Virus record (IMG/VR): IMGVR_UViG_3300047458_000106
DNA length: 20,000 nucleotides
Direction: 5' to 3' (one strand)
Origin: an uncultured virus (IMG/VR IMGVR_UViG_3300047458_000106)
Taxonomy: Duplodnaviria; Heunggongvirae; Uroviricota; Caudoviricetes
Made by a program: the position numbers and the translations under genes. Under the pieces are notes generated by a model. It had not been told where the DNA came from. It was given only the letters and a program-made list of their open reading frames with translations, and did no database searches. This document shows, piece after piece, positions 8,137 to 16,068 of this stretch; position 1 is the stretch's first letter, and each line of letters begins with the position of its first letter.

Positions 8137-9155
8137 GATTTAATACTTACGTACAAACTCAAGAACTAACAGAAGGCACATTCTTGTTTGAACAACAAGT
8201 TAATCGTGAACTTGCTGAATGCACATACGAAGACTGGTGTATATTACTAGAAGACGAACAGAAACCTTGGTGGCAAGACAAAGGTGAAAAGTTTCAACAA
8301 GATTATATTAAAAAGAATCCACAATCTGATACTGCAAAAGCAATGCGGTCTTATCTGTCAACTAAAGAAAAACCCACTACTGATACTGATACTGATACTG
8401 ATAAAAATGTTGATGTCAAAACAAGTTCTACAGATGCAGATGAACCGAGTAAAGATAGATATAACGAACCTCTCAGTAAACACCCAACATTAAAGAAAGC
8501 ACTTACTAGTGAAGTAAATGAGATTACAAAAGATTTAGGTGTGGCACGAGACGAACTTGTAAATGCAATCAAAGAAAAAAGTGTCTTTAAAGCAGTTAAG
8601 GCAGTTGGTATGGGTGGTGGTAAAGTCGCACTTGATGGTCTTAAAACAGTAGATACTGCAGTAAACTTTGCGGCAGATAAAGTAGCGGCCACACAAATGG
8701 TACAAGGATTACAAAAAGGTACAATAAAAGTTGACGAGTTTCTTAACAAATACCCTAAATTAAAAAAAGTTGCTGGTGTAGGAATAGCAGGGTTTTTAAC
8801 ATATCAATGGTTACAAATGTCATTCTCAGGTAACTTAGATAGTGATTATGACTTGTCAAATATACCAGAAGCAATCGCTGGTAATATAGGATTCACAGAA
8901 GTATTGGCAACACCTGCTGGCATTAAAGGTATGGGTCTACTGGCCGCAGGTGTTGCCACAGGTGGTATGACAACTATTTGGGCAGGTGGTAGAAGAGGTT
9001 TGATGATGGCCGCGGCATACACTGGTGCCAAGAAAGCAGGTAATACTAATCTAGCAAATAAGTTGTTTGGAAAGATGCGACAAATGGTGAAAGGTGATGC
9101 TGGAGATTTAGACAACAAAGACAGAGAACCTGAAGAACCAGTAAAAGATAAATAG
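8133..9155 (+). CDS. Hypothetical protein with a capsid-targeting-like N-terminus and a Gly/Ala-rich hydrophobic C-terminal half
   Basis: 340 aa; GTGA start/stop overlap with GGAG RBS; MRFNTYV...LTE; hydrophobic stretches at ~8769-8813 and ~8919-9030. Confidence 0.6.
   Translation: MRFNTYVQTQELTEGTFLFEQQVNRELAECTYEDWCILLEDEQKPWWQDKGEKFQQDYIKKNPQSDTAKAMRSYLSTKEKPTTDTDTDTDKNVDVKTSSTDADEPSKDRYNEPLSKHPTLKKALTSEVNEITKDLGVARDELVNAIKEKSVFKAVKAVGMGGGKVALDGLKTVDTAVNFAADKVAATQMVQGLQKGTIKVDEFLNKYPKLKKVAGVGIAGFLTYQWLQMSFSGNLDSDYDLSNIPEAIAGNIGFTEVLATPAGIKGMGLLAAGVATGGMTTIWAGGRRGLMMAAAYTGAKKAGNTNLANKLFGKMRQMVKGDAGDLDNKDREPEEPVKDK
8379..8402 (+). repeat. In-frame hexanucleotide microsatellite (ACTGAT)x4 encoding TDTDTDTD
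   Basis: Four exact tandem copies read directly from the sequence. Confidence 0.95.
9147..9154 (+). promoter_or_regulatory. Probable late promoter (GATAAATA, 7/8 match)
   Basis: Overlaps the upstream stop codon, 5 nt before ATG 9160; same geometry as the boxes at 1046 and 7518. Confidence 0.55.
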
Positions 9156-9159
9156 AACT

Positions 9160-9465
9160 ATGAAGAAATGCAATTGTGAAGACTTACTACAAGAGGCCGC
9201 AGAGTATCAAGGTAGAAAAGTCACATTAAACAACCCAACTAGGTCTAGCGATGGCAAGAAAAAGTTCTATGTCTATGTCAAGAACGAGAAGGGTAATGTT
9301 ATTAAATTAGGTTTTGGTGACCCAAATATGGAAATCAAACGTGATGACCCAGCGAGAAGAAAATCTTTTAGAGCAAGACACAATTGCGACAACCCTGGAC
9401 CTAAATGGAAAGCACGATATTGGTCATGTTATCAGTGGAGAGCAAGTGCAAAAGTTGACAATTAA
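9160..9465 (+). CDS. Conserved basic viral protein (FGDPNM...RRKSFRARHNC...YWSC family)
   Basis: Signature KKFYVYVKN..GNVIKLGFGDPNMEIKRDDPARRKSFRARHNCD...ARYWSCYQW, which I recall from diverse aquatic viruses; function unknown. Confidence 0.65.
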   Translation: MKKCNCEDLLQEAAEYQGRKVTLNNPTRSSDGKKKFYVYVKNEKGNVIKLGFGDPNMEIKRDDPARRKSFRARHNCDNPGPKWKARYWSCYQWRASAKVDN

Positions 9466-9483
9466 ACTCTAAAGTTTTAATTG

Positions 9484-9491
9484 TATATATA
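9484..9491 (+). promoter_or_regulatory. Possible late promoter (TATATATA, 7/8 match)
   Basis: Intergenic, upstream of the AGGAG RBS of the holin gene. Confidence 0.45.
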
Positions 9492-9507
9492 AGAATAGGA
9501 GAAAATT

Positions 9508-10005
9508 ATGTTGAGTTTATTAGGTAGTTTATTAGGTTTCGGTGGGTCCATAATCCCAGGTATATTAGACAGTTTCAAAGAAAAATCAGACCAAAAATTC
9601 GAACTCAAAAAGTTAGAAGTCCAAGCAAAAATACAATCAGAACAACTTCAAGTTCAAGCAAAACTCCAAAAAGAATTAGGTAAAGCAACACTTAATTTAT
9701 TCGAAGCACAAGCAAAAGATAAAGAACACGAAAGATTAATTCAACACGATATGGTGTTGCAACAAGGTACAGGATTTATAGGTGGATTAGCGAGGTCAGT
9801 ACGACCAATCATTACATATGCATTCTTTCTTTTATTCGCAGTTATAGAAGGTACACTTCTTTATGGCGCAATACAGGCGGGAACAGACTTTCAAGAAGCA
9901 ATCAATATATTGTGGGACGAAGATACAAAGGCAATCTTTGCGGCAATAATATCATTCTGGTTTGGGTCTAGAGCAATCGACAAGAATCGTAAAGCGAAGA
10001 AATAA
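9508..10005 (+). CDS. Holin, GTA/3TM holin family
   Basis: Hydrophobic N-terminus, coiled coil, then SVRPIITYAFF TM and IISFWFGSRAIDK (RP...FWFGSR signature) with a basic tail. AGGAG RBS. Confidence 0.75.
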   Translation: MLSLLGSLLGFGGSIIPGILDSFKEKSDQKFELKKLEVQAKIQSEQLQVQAKLQKELGKATLNLFEAQAKDKEHERLIQHDMVLQQGTGFIGGLARSVRPIITYAFFLLFAVIEGTLLYGAIQAGTDFQEAINILWDEDTKAIFAAIISFWFGSRAIDKNRKAKK

Positions 10006-10008
10006 TCA

Positions 10009-10037
10009 TTGACAATACTTTCTAAGTAGAGTATAAT
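10009..10037 (+). promoter_or_regulatory. Sigma70-type promoter TTGACA-N17-TATAAT upstream of nrdA
   Basis: TTGACA 10009-10014, 17-nt spacer, TATAAT 10032-10037; perfect consensus in intergenic DNA. Confidence 0.9.
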
Positions 10038-10070
10038 AGTCCACTTTAACTTCACATACAAGGAGAAGAC

Positions 10071-12074
10071 TTGGACTACTCAGACTTAGTAATAGAAATT
10101 GACAAAAAAAGAGATAAATTATTAGAAGATTACTCAGTCGGAATGCTGAAAGATTTTTATCTGACAGATTACGAAAAATCACCACAAGAAGGATTTGCAC
10201 GTGCCAGTTTAGCATGGTCGACATATAATGATAAACTAGATGTAGAACTTGCACAACGTCTCTATGATTATGTAAGCAATAAATGGTTTATGTTTGCAAG
10301 TCCTGTTCTATCAAATGCGCCCAATGGACAAAATAAGAAAAATAAAGGTATGCCTATATCTTGTTTTCTTACTTACGTACCAGACACACTTGAAGGTTTA
10401 ATTGACCACTCGTCTGAACTTAGATGGTTATCTATCATGGGTGGTGGTGTTGGTGGACATTGGTCAGATGTCAGAACTGTATCAGACATTGCACCAGGTC
10501 CAATACCATTTTTACATACAGTAGATGCTGACATGATTGCATATCGTCAAGGTAAAACACGTAAAGGTAGTTATGCGGCATACATGAATGTTGACCACCC
10601 AGATATCATGGAGTTTCTAAACATTCGTATACCTACTGGTGATGTTCAACGTAAAGCATTGAATATACACAATGCGATTAACATAACTGATAAGTTTATG
10701 GAAGCAGTTATGACAAATAGTGATTTTGACTTGATTGACCCAAATGATGGCACAGTAAAAGAAACTGTCAAAGCAAGAAAACTATGGGAAAGAATACTAG
10801 AGATAAGATTTAGAACTGGTGAACCATATTTAAACTTTATTGATACTGCAAACAATAGTCTACCAGAACCACTCAAAGAAGCAGGACTTAAAATACATGG
10901 TAGTAATCTATGTAATGAAATACATTTACCAACAAGTGCTGAACGAACTGCAGTCTGTTGTTTATCATCATTAAATTTAGAATATTACGATGAATGGAAA
11001 GACACTACAATTGTAAGAGATTTAATACGAATGTTAGATAATGTGCTGGAGTACTTCATACAGAATGCACCTGACACGATTGCACGTGCAAAATATTCTG
11101 CTATGAGAGAAAGAAGTTTGGGTCTTGGTGCGATGGGATTTCACTCTCTCCTACATAAGCACGGTGTTGCATGGGAATCTGAGTTAGCAAAAGAAATTAA
11201 CGAGCAAGTTTTTAGTTTCATTCATAATGAAGCACATGCAGAAACAGAATTACTTGCAGAAGAACGTGGTGCATATTTAGATGGACCAAAGAGTGGTAAA
11301 AGAAACTCTCACTTACTTGCGATTGCCCCAAATGCATCTAGTGGTGTTATTCTTGGAACAAGTCCTTCAATAGAACCACTGAAAGCAAATGCATATACAC
11401 ACAGAACTCGTGCTGGTAGTTTTCTTGTAAAGAACAAATATCTAGAAGAACTGCTTGAAACAAAAGAAATGAATAATGATAGCATTTGGAGTTCTATCAT
11501 CACTAATAAGGGGTCTGTCCAGCATCTTTCGTTTCTCACAGAAGGTGAAAAAAGTATATATAAAACTGCTGATGAATTAGACCAAAACTGGGTAGTTCAA
11601 CATGCAGGAGATAGACAACCTTATATATGTCAAGGCCAGTCTGTCAATTTATTCTTTCCTGCTGGAGCAGATAAATCATACGTGAACAAAGTACATTTAC
11701 GTGCATGGAGTTCAGGTCTGAAAGGATTATACTATTTGCGAACAGAAGCAAAATCTCGTGCTGAGAATGTTTCTGAGAAAGTAGAGAGAGTCGCACTCCA
11801 AAGTGATACAAGTACAATTGTGTATACAAAACCCAATTGTCCTTTTTGTCAACTTGCAAAAGAAGAACTTAAACTTCGCGGTATACCATATGATGAAATT
11901 AATCTTGAAGAGATTGGTAAAACTGCGAGAGAAGTCACGGGTCGTAAGGGTGTTAAAACTGTCCCACAAATATATTTACATGGTGAATATGTGGGTGGTT
12001 ACGATGACCTTATGGAAATATTTAACAAGGCACAAGCAGAAGAATCAGAGGATTGTAAAGCATGTGAAGGATAG
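10071..12074 (+). CDS. nrdA: Ribonucleotide reductase class Ia alpha subunit (no ATP cone) with an embedded C-terminal glutaredoxin domain
   Basis: TTG start after AGGAG. Catalytic motifs ISCF, GSNLCNEI, VCCLSSLNL, APNASS, GLYYLR and terminal CKAC. Grx domain with CPFC, TVPQI and VGGYDDL at ~11814-12024. Confidence 0.96.
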   Translation: MDYSDLVIEIDKKRDKLLEDYSVGMLKDFYLTDYEKSPQEGFARASLAWSTYNDKLDVELAQRLYDYVSNKWFMFASPVLSNAPNGQNKKNKGMPISCFLTYVPDTLEGLIDHSSELRWLSIMGGGVGGHWSDVRTVSDIAPGPIPFLHTVDADMIAYRQGKTRKGSYAAYMNVDHPDIMEFLNIRIPTGDVQRKALNIHNAINITDKFMEAVMTNSDFDLIDPNDGTVKETVKARKLWERILEIRFRTGEPYLNFIDTANNSLPEPLKEAGLKIHGSNLCNEIHLPTSAERTAVCCLSSLNLEYYDEWKDTTIVRDLIRMLDNVLEYFIQNAPDTIARAKYSAMRERSLGLGAMGFHSLLHKHGVAWESELAKEINEQVFSFIHNEAHAETELLAEERGAYLDGPKSGKRNSHLLAIAPNASSGVILGTSPSIEPLKANAYTHRTRAGSFLVKNKYLEELLETKEMNNDSIWSSIITNKGSVQHLSFLTEGEKSIYKTADELDQNWVVQHAGDRQPYICQGQSVNLFFPAGADKSYVNKVHLRAWSSGLKGLYYLRTEAKSRAENVSEKVERVALQSDTSTIVYTKPNCPFCQLAKEELKLRGIPYDEINLEEIGKTAREVTGRKGVKTVPQIYLHGEYVGGYDDLMEIFNKAQAEESEDCKACEG

Positions 12075-12080
12075 GGATAT

Positions 12081-12179
12081 ATGGCACAACCAATGCAACA
12101 ACAAACTGCAAGGATAACCAGAAAAGAACTAAAAAAAATAATTAAACAACAACAAGACAAAAGACACAATCAGGAATAA
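12081..12179 (+). CDS. 32-aa Gln/Lys-rich microprotein between nrdA and nrdB
   Basis: MAQPMQQQTARITRKELKKIIKQQQDKRHNQE*; fills the intergenic gap and has a purine-rich RBS-like sequence. Below the ORF-track cutoff. Confidence 0.5.
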   Translation: MAQPMQQQTARITRKELKKIIKQQQDKRHNQE

Positions 12180-12181
12180 TT

Positions 12182-13204
12182 ATGGCATTACTAGAGTTTT
12201 CAAAAACATACAAACCATTCATCTACCCATGGGCAGTTGAACTAACTAAAAAACATGAAGAGATACATTGGATAGAAGACGAAGCAGAACTCTCAGAAGA
12301 CGTGCAAGATTGGCGAACTAAACTGAACGAAGACGAAAAATTGTTTATTACTCAAGTACTAAGACTATTTACTCAAAGCGATGTTCAAGTGGGCGAAAAC
12401 TACCATGAACTACTAATACCTAAGTTCAAGAATAATGAAGTAAGAAATATGTTATCGTCTTTTGCAAACAGAGAAGGTGTACACCAACGTGCATATGCAT
12501 TATTAAATGATACTCTTGGTTTACCAGATGAAGACTTTAGTGCATTTTTAGAATACAAAGAAATGGCAGATAAGATTGACTTTATGAAAGATGGTGATAT
12601 TTCAAGTCACACAGGTTTAGCATTAGCACTAGCACAATCAGTATTTAACGAAGGTCTGTCTGTCTTTGCATCTTTTGTAATGTTATTAAACTTTCAAAGA
12701 TTTGGTAAGATGAAAGGTATGGGGACAATTGTCGAGTGGTCTATTCGTGACGAAACTCTACACGTCCAAGGTAATGCAAAACTGTTTAGAGATTTTTGTG
12801 GTGAACACACACGTATTGTCACAGATGAACTTAAGTCTAAAATCTACAAGATTGCAAAAGATGTAGTTAAGTTAGAAGATAAATTTATTGACCTTGCATA
12901 CAACGACCACGAAATAGAAGGTCTTAAAAAAGAAGATGTCAAACAATATATCAGACATATTGCAGACAGAAGACTATTACAACTTGGCATGAAACCAAAC
13001 TTTAATGCAAAAGACAATCCACTACCATGGTTAGATTGGGTACTCAATGGTGCATCACATGATAACTTTTTTGAAAAAAGAGTCACAGAGTATTCTGTCA
13101 ATGGTCTTGAAGGCGATTGGGGTTGGGAAGAAGTTGATACACCACAAACATTAGAACGTATTGAAGATAAACTAGATGAAGCAATAGCAAACGTAGGTTG
13201 TTAA
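12182..13204 (+). CDS. nrdB: Ribonucleotide reductase class Ia beta subunit
   Basis: Di-metal ligands FTQSD, EGVH, NEG, DETLH; radical Tyr present (EGVHQRAY); NFFEKRVTEY tail. Confidence 0.96.
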   Translation: MALLEFSKTYKPFIYPWAVELTKKHEEIHWIEDEAELSEDVQDWRTKLNEDEKLFITQVLRLFTQSDVQVGENYHELLIPKFKNNEVRNMLSSFANREGVHQRAYALLNDTLGLPDEDFSAFLEYKEMADKIDFMKDGDISSHTGLALALAQSVFNEGLSVFASFVMLLNFQRFGKMKGMGTIVEWSIRDETLHVQGNAKLFRDFCGEHTRIVTDELKSKIYKIAKDVVKLEDKFIDLAYNDHEIEGLKKEDVKQYIRHIADRRLLQLGMKPNFNAKDNPLPWLDWVLNGASHDNFFEKRVTEYSVNGLEGDWGWEEVDTPQTLERIEDKLDEAIANVGC

Positions 13205-13217
13205 TTTGTTAGATTCT

Positions 13218-13355
13218 ATGGAAAAAGAATACGAAGTAAGATGCGATGTGTGTGGCGTAGATACACATATTATAGTCGAAGACGGTGAAGATGAAGAACC
13301 AATTTACTGTCCAATGTGTGGAGCAGATGCTATTGTAACAGAACTGTTAAATTAA
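13218..13355 (+). CDS. 45-aa acidic zinc-ribbon/rubredoxin-like protein
   Basis: MEKEYEVRCDVCGVDTHIIVEDGEDEEPIYCPMCGADAIVTELLN*, with two CxxCG knuckles. Not in the ORF track. Confidence 0.75.
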   Translation: MEKEYEVRCDVCGVDTHIIVEDGEDEEPIYCPMCGADAIVTELLN

Positions 13356-13369
13356 GTCTATATATCATT

Positions 13370-13810
13370 ATGTGGTATTATAATGATGAACCATTTAATA
13401 TGAGTGAAGAAGACCTTGAAAACTACCAAGGTTTTGTCTACGAAGTAACAGAACTTGAAACTGGTATGAAATATATCGGTAAGAAATTCTTTTGGAAAAA
13501 GAAAGTTCTACCTAAAAATAAATCAAGAAAACGTAAAATCATAACCAGAGTTCAATCAGACTGGCAAACATACTATGGTTCTTCTGCAGAAGTTAAACAA
13601 CTTGCAGAACAAGGATTTCAATTTGATAGAAAAATACTACAATTATGTCGAACAAAAGGTGAGTGTTCTTATTACGAAGCAAAACTTCAATTTGAAAATG
13701 ATGTTCTACTAAGAAATGATTACTTCAATGAGTTTATTGGTTGTAAGATACATTCTAAATTTATAAAGGAGATGAAGAATGATTATTTCAAGAGAACTAA
13801 TAAATCCTAA
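13370..13810 (+). CDS. Free-standing GIY-YIG family endonuclease-like protein
   Basis: GFVYEVTELETGMKYIGKK, YYGSS, SYYEAKLQF and YFNEFI motifs. Start set at ATG 13370 (MWYYN) to avoid overlapping the zinc-ribbon ORF. Confidence 0.75.
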   Translation: MWYYNDEPFNMSEEDLENYQGFVYEVTELETGMKYIGKKFFWKKKVLPKNKSRKRKIITRVQSDWQTYYGSSAEVKQLAEQGFQFDRKILQLCRTKGECSYYEAKLQFENDVLLRNDYFNEFIGCKIHSKFIKEMKNDYFKRTNKS

Positions 13811-14786
13811 TATTATCATAAATGGCATGACATATGAAAAAATGTGTCACAGAATTAACAAATTCAAACACATGTTTCTTGATAAAGGTGTAAAACAACA
13901 TGATAGTATTAGTGTCACAACGTTAAATTGTCCAAACGATTACTATGCGGCCTTGTTTGCGGCATGGGAACTTGGCATACAAGTAATTACGTGTTCAGAT
14001 AGAATATTAAAAACAAGAGAAGATGCAAAACATATGCTTGATGGTGTAAAACATTTAGTAGATGTATTAAGTAAAAACTTTACTGGTTATCGAGAGTTTT
14101 GTGTGCATGATTTAAATAGACCATTAGACCCAAATAATTCAGGTGGATTAACTCGTATGGATTTAAAAGATGGTCTTTATGCTGAGGTAGTAAACTTATA
14201 TTCTCATTGGAAAAACATGGATGGTACTAACAACGTTATGTTAATGGACGATGTTGCACCATATCCTGGTACACCGATTCAACCATGGGAAGTAGATGAA
14301 AATAATGGTGCTATTATGTCAATTGACCCTGTTATGAATATCAAAGAATCTAATGAATGGTGGCACCCAGATTACTTTACTCATAAAGAAATTATCGAGT
14401 CTGCAAAACAATACTCGTTTCCTTATAAAAAGTGTGCGATGTCTAGAACAATTCATCACAATAGATGTATTGATTATTATTTTTTACCAGCATTAATGAA
14501 TTGTGAAGAAATATTCGATGTCACTTTGATGGACCATACTGAACGCCCCGAAGAAGTATTCATTTACGAATATGTTACAGATTATGCAGTCAAGGCAGTT
14601 CGTGAGCATGAAATAGAAAGAATACTATTTCCTGACCCAGAATCACTTGAGTTTTTTAAAAGTAAACTTACAGAACCTTTTACACATGAAGTTTTATATA
14701 ATGTTGGTAAACAAGAAATTAGTTCTAAAACTAGAGTAGTAGATGATGCTGGTGTTGACATAGAAACAGGTAAGTTTGTTGGATAA
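13779..14786 (+). CDS. Degenerate adenylate-forming (ANL/AMP-binding) fold protein, paralog A
   Basis: N-terminal TYEKM..RINKF..MFLDKGVKQHDSISV...YAALFAAWELG resembles the A1-A2 region of acyl-CoA synthetases. Shares MIISRxxIN and FTHKEI with the next ORF but lacks the TSG loop. AGGAG RBS. Confidence 0.55.
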   Translation: MIISRELINPNIIINGMTYEKMCHRINKFKHMFLDKGVKQHDSISVTTLNCPNDYYAALFAAWELGIQVITCSDRILKTREDAKHMLDGVKHLVDVLSKNFTGYREFCVHDLNRPLDPNNSGGLTRMDLKDGLYAEVVNLYSHWKNMDGTNNVMLMDDVAPYPGTPIQPWEVDENNGAIMSIDPVMNIKESNEWWHPDYFTHKEIIESAKQYSFPYKKCAMSRTIHHNRCIDYYFLPALMNCEEIFDVTLMDHTERPEEVFIYEYVTDYAVKAVREHEIERILFPDPESLEFFKSKLTEPFTHEVLYNVGKQEISSKTRVVDDAGVDIETGKFVG

Positions 14787-16024
14787 TGATAATTAGTCGT
14801 GACATTATTAATGATGAAATAGATTTTGATGATAATAAATCAAAAGCAGAACTTGTTTATGAAATAAGACAATGGAAAATGTTACTCAAAGAGAACTACA
14901 ATGTTCGTAAAGGAGAAACAGTTGCTATTGGCATTCTAGATGTAAATCATTTACATTTAACATCTATTATTGCATGTGCCGAGTTAGGTCTAAAAATATT
15001 TTTGATTGATGCACCTGCAACAGAAGAATCTTTACCTTACACAAAAATCGCACTTCATGGTCCAGTAGATTATCTGATTCACGATAATTTTAAAGGTGAT
15101 AACCTTTATGGTGGCCTACATGGCAAGATGATTCGTGAATATAGTAAAGAACTAATTGATGCAAGAGAACTCAAATTAAAAGTACCAAAAGGTATGGACT
15201 ATATTAATCAGGTATCAGAAGATGATATATTTTTAATTAGTTCTACATCTGGTTCTACTAAACCTTCTCGTAAAATTGAGTTTACACACAAAGAAATATA
15301 TGCAATAGCAAAAAGAAATATTGATATTTTTAAATTAAAACCTGATACTAAAATACTACACAGTAAAAATATGCACCATGTTAGTGCAATGTTGTGTACA
15401 CTTTTGCCGTCACTTATGATAGTCAAAAAACACAGGTCGTTTACACTAGCAGAATTTACTGAGTGGCAAGGCGCAAATCTTCATTTGGTTGATTTTAATC
15501 ACGTAATGATACCAAACGAAAAAATGTTAGATTGGTTTGTTGAATTCTTTGATAAAAATGGTGGTCTAGAAAAAAGCACAGTACTAGTCATGTGTGGATT
15601 TACCATGACAAAAAAACATGTAGACATGTGTAAAAGATATAATATAGAATTCATTTCGCATTATGGTAGTGTGGACACCGCAATTCCATTGTTAGTTAAT
15701 TATATTGATGGTAATTCTGAATGCATACCAGACTCTCTAGGAGTCGCTCCAGACGATTTTTATGAGATAGATGTATCATCTACTGGTCATGTTTCTGTAA
15801 ACAACTCTATGTGGTCTGAAAAACGTAGTATGGACGATATACTAGAAATAGTTGATAGTCAATACATATTAAAAGGTAGAATAGATACAATTCATTTAGA
15901 TGAATTAGTCAATTCTTGTCCAGAACCTATAGATTTAAATTTATTTTCTTATGATACTAAGATTAATATGGAACAATTACGTGGACATATAAAAAATGTG
16001 AAAAAAAGACTTGACAATACTTGA
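14786..16024 (+). CDS. Adenylate-forming (ANL/AMP-binding) enzyme-like protein, paralog B, lacking the C-terminal subdomain
   Basis: P-loop-like STSGSTKPSRK (15242-15274), A5-like HYGSVDT, A7/A8-like DDILE...LKGRID; ends about 45 aa after GR. Confidence 0.75.
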   Translation: MIISRDIINDEIDFDDNKSKAELVYEIRQWKMLLKENYNVRKGETVAIGILDVNHLHLTSIIACAELGLKIFLIDAPATEESLPYTKIALHGPVDYLIHDNFKGDNLYGGLHGKMIREYSKELIDARELKLKVPKGMDYINQVSEDDIFLISSTSGSTKPSRKIEFTHKEIYAIAKRNIDIFKLKPDTKILHSKNMHHVSAMLCTLLPSLMIVKKHRSFTLAEFTEWQGANLHLVDFNHVMIPNEKMLDWFVEFFDKNGGLEKSTVLVMCGFTMTKKHVDMCKRYNIEFISHYGSVDTAIPLLVNYIDGNSECIPDSLGVAPDDFYEIDVSSTGHVSVNNSMWSEKRSMDDILEIVDSQYILKGRIDTIHLDELVNSCPEPIDLNLFSYDTKINMEQLRGHIKNVKKRLDNT

Positions 16025-16039
16025 TTCACTTGTTATAAT
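16011..16039 (+). promoter_or_regulatory. Sigma70-type early promoter with extended -10 (TTGACA-N17-TATAAT)
   Basis: TTGACA 16011-16016, TG 16031-16032, TATAAT 16034-16039, with an A-tract upstream. Confidence 0.9.
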
Positions 16040-16068
16040 AACAACATAAATTAATTAGAGAGGTAAAA

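Noticed and set aside
8379..8402. (ACTGAT)4 as a phase-variation switch or CRISPR-like repeat
   Set aside because: The unit is a multiple of 3, so the frame is preserved, and there are no spacers; it simply encodes a TD linker.
11803..12117. Alternative-frame ORF over the nrdA 3' end, possibly a separate glutaredoxin or frameshift product
   Set aside because: The Grx motifs are in the nrdA frame; this frame has no recognisable motif.
10071..13204. Group I intron or intein in nrdA/nrdB (common in T4-like phages)
   Set aside because: Both frames are continuous with normally spaced motifs and show no intein splice-junction signature; the only insertion is the Grx domain.
13316..13369. Longer start for the GIY-YIG ORF
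   Set aside because: Overlaps the zinc-ribbon ORF; ATG 13370 (MWYYN) is the more plausible start.
13370..13810. GIY-YIG gene as a mobile intron-encoded homing endonuclease
   Set aside because: It is free-standing and single-domain, with no DNA-binding tail or surrounding intron, so it was kept as an ordinary CDS.
553..15426. Numerous minus-strand ORFs (e.g. 2959-3528, 6022-6651, 8351-8749)
   Set aside because: They are antisense shadows of K/E-rich plus-strand genes (hence F/S/L-rich), nested in or overlapping well-supported CDSs, with no recognisable motifs.
13779..16024. NRPS/PKS biosynthetic cluster
   Set aside because: No carrier, condensation, ketosynthase or thioesterase domains are visible, and the ANL proteins are truncated.
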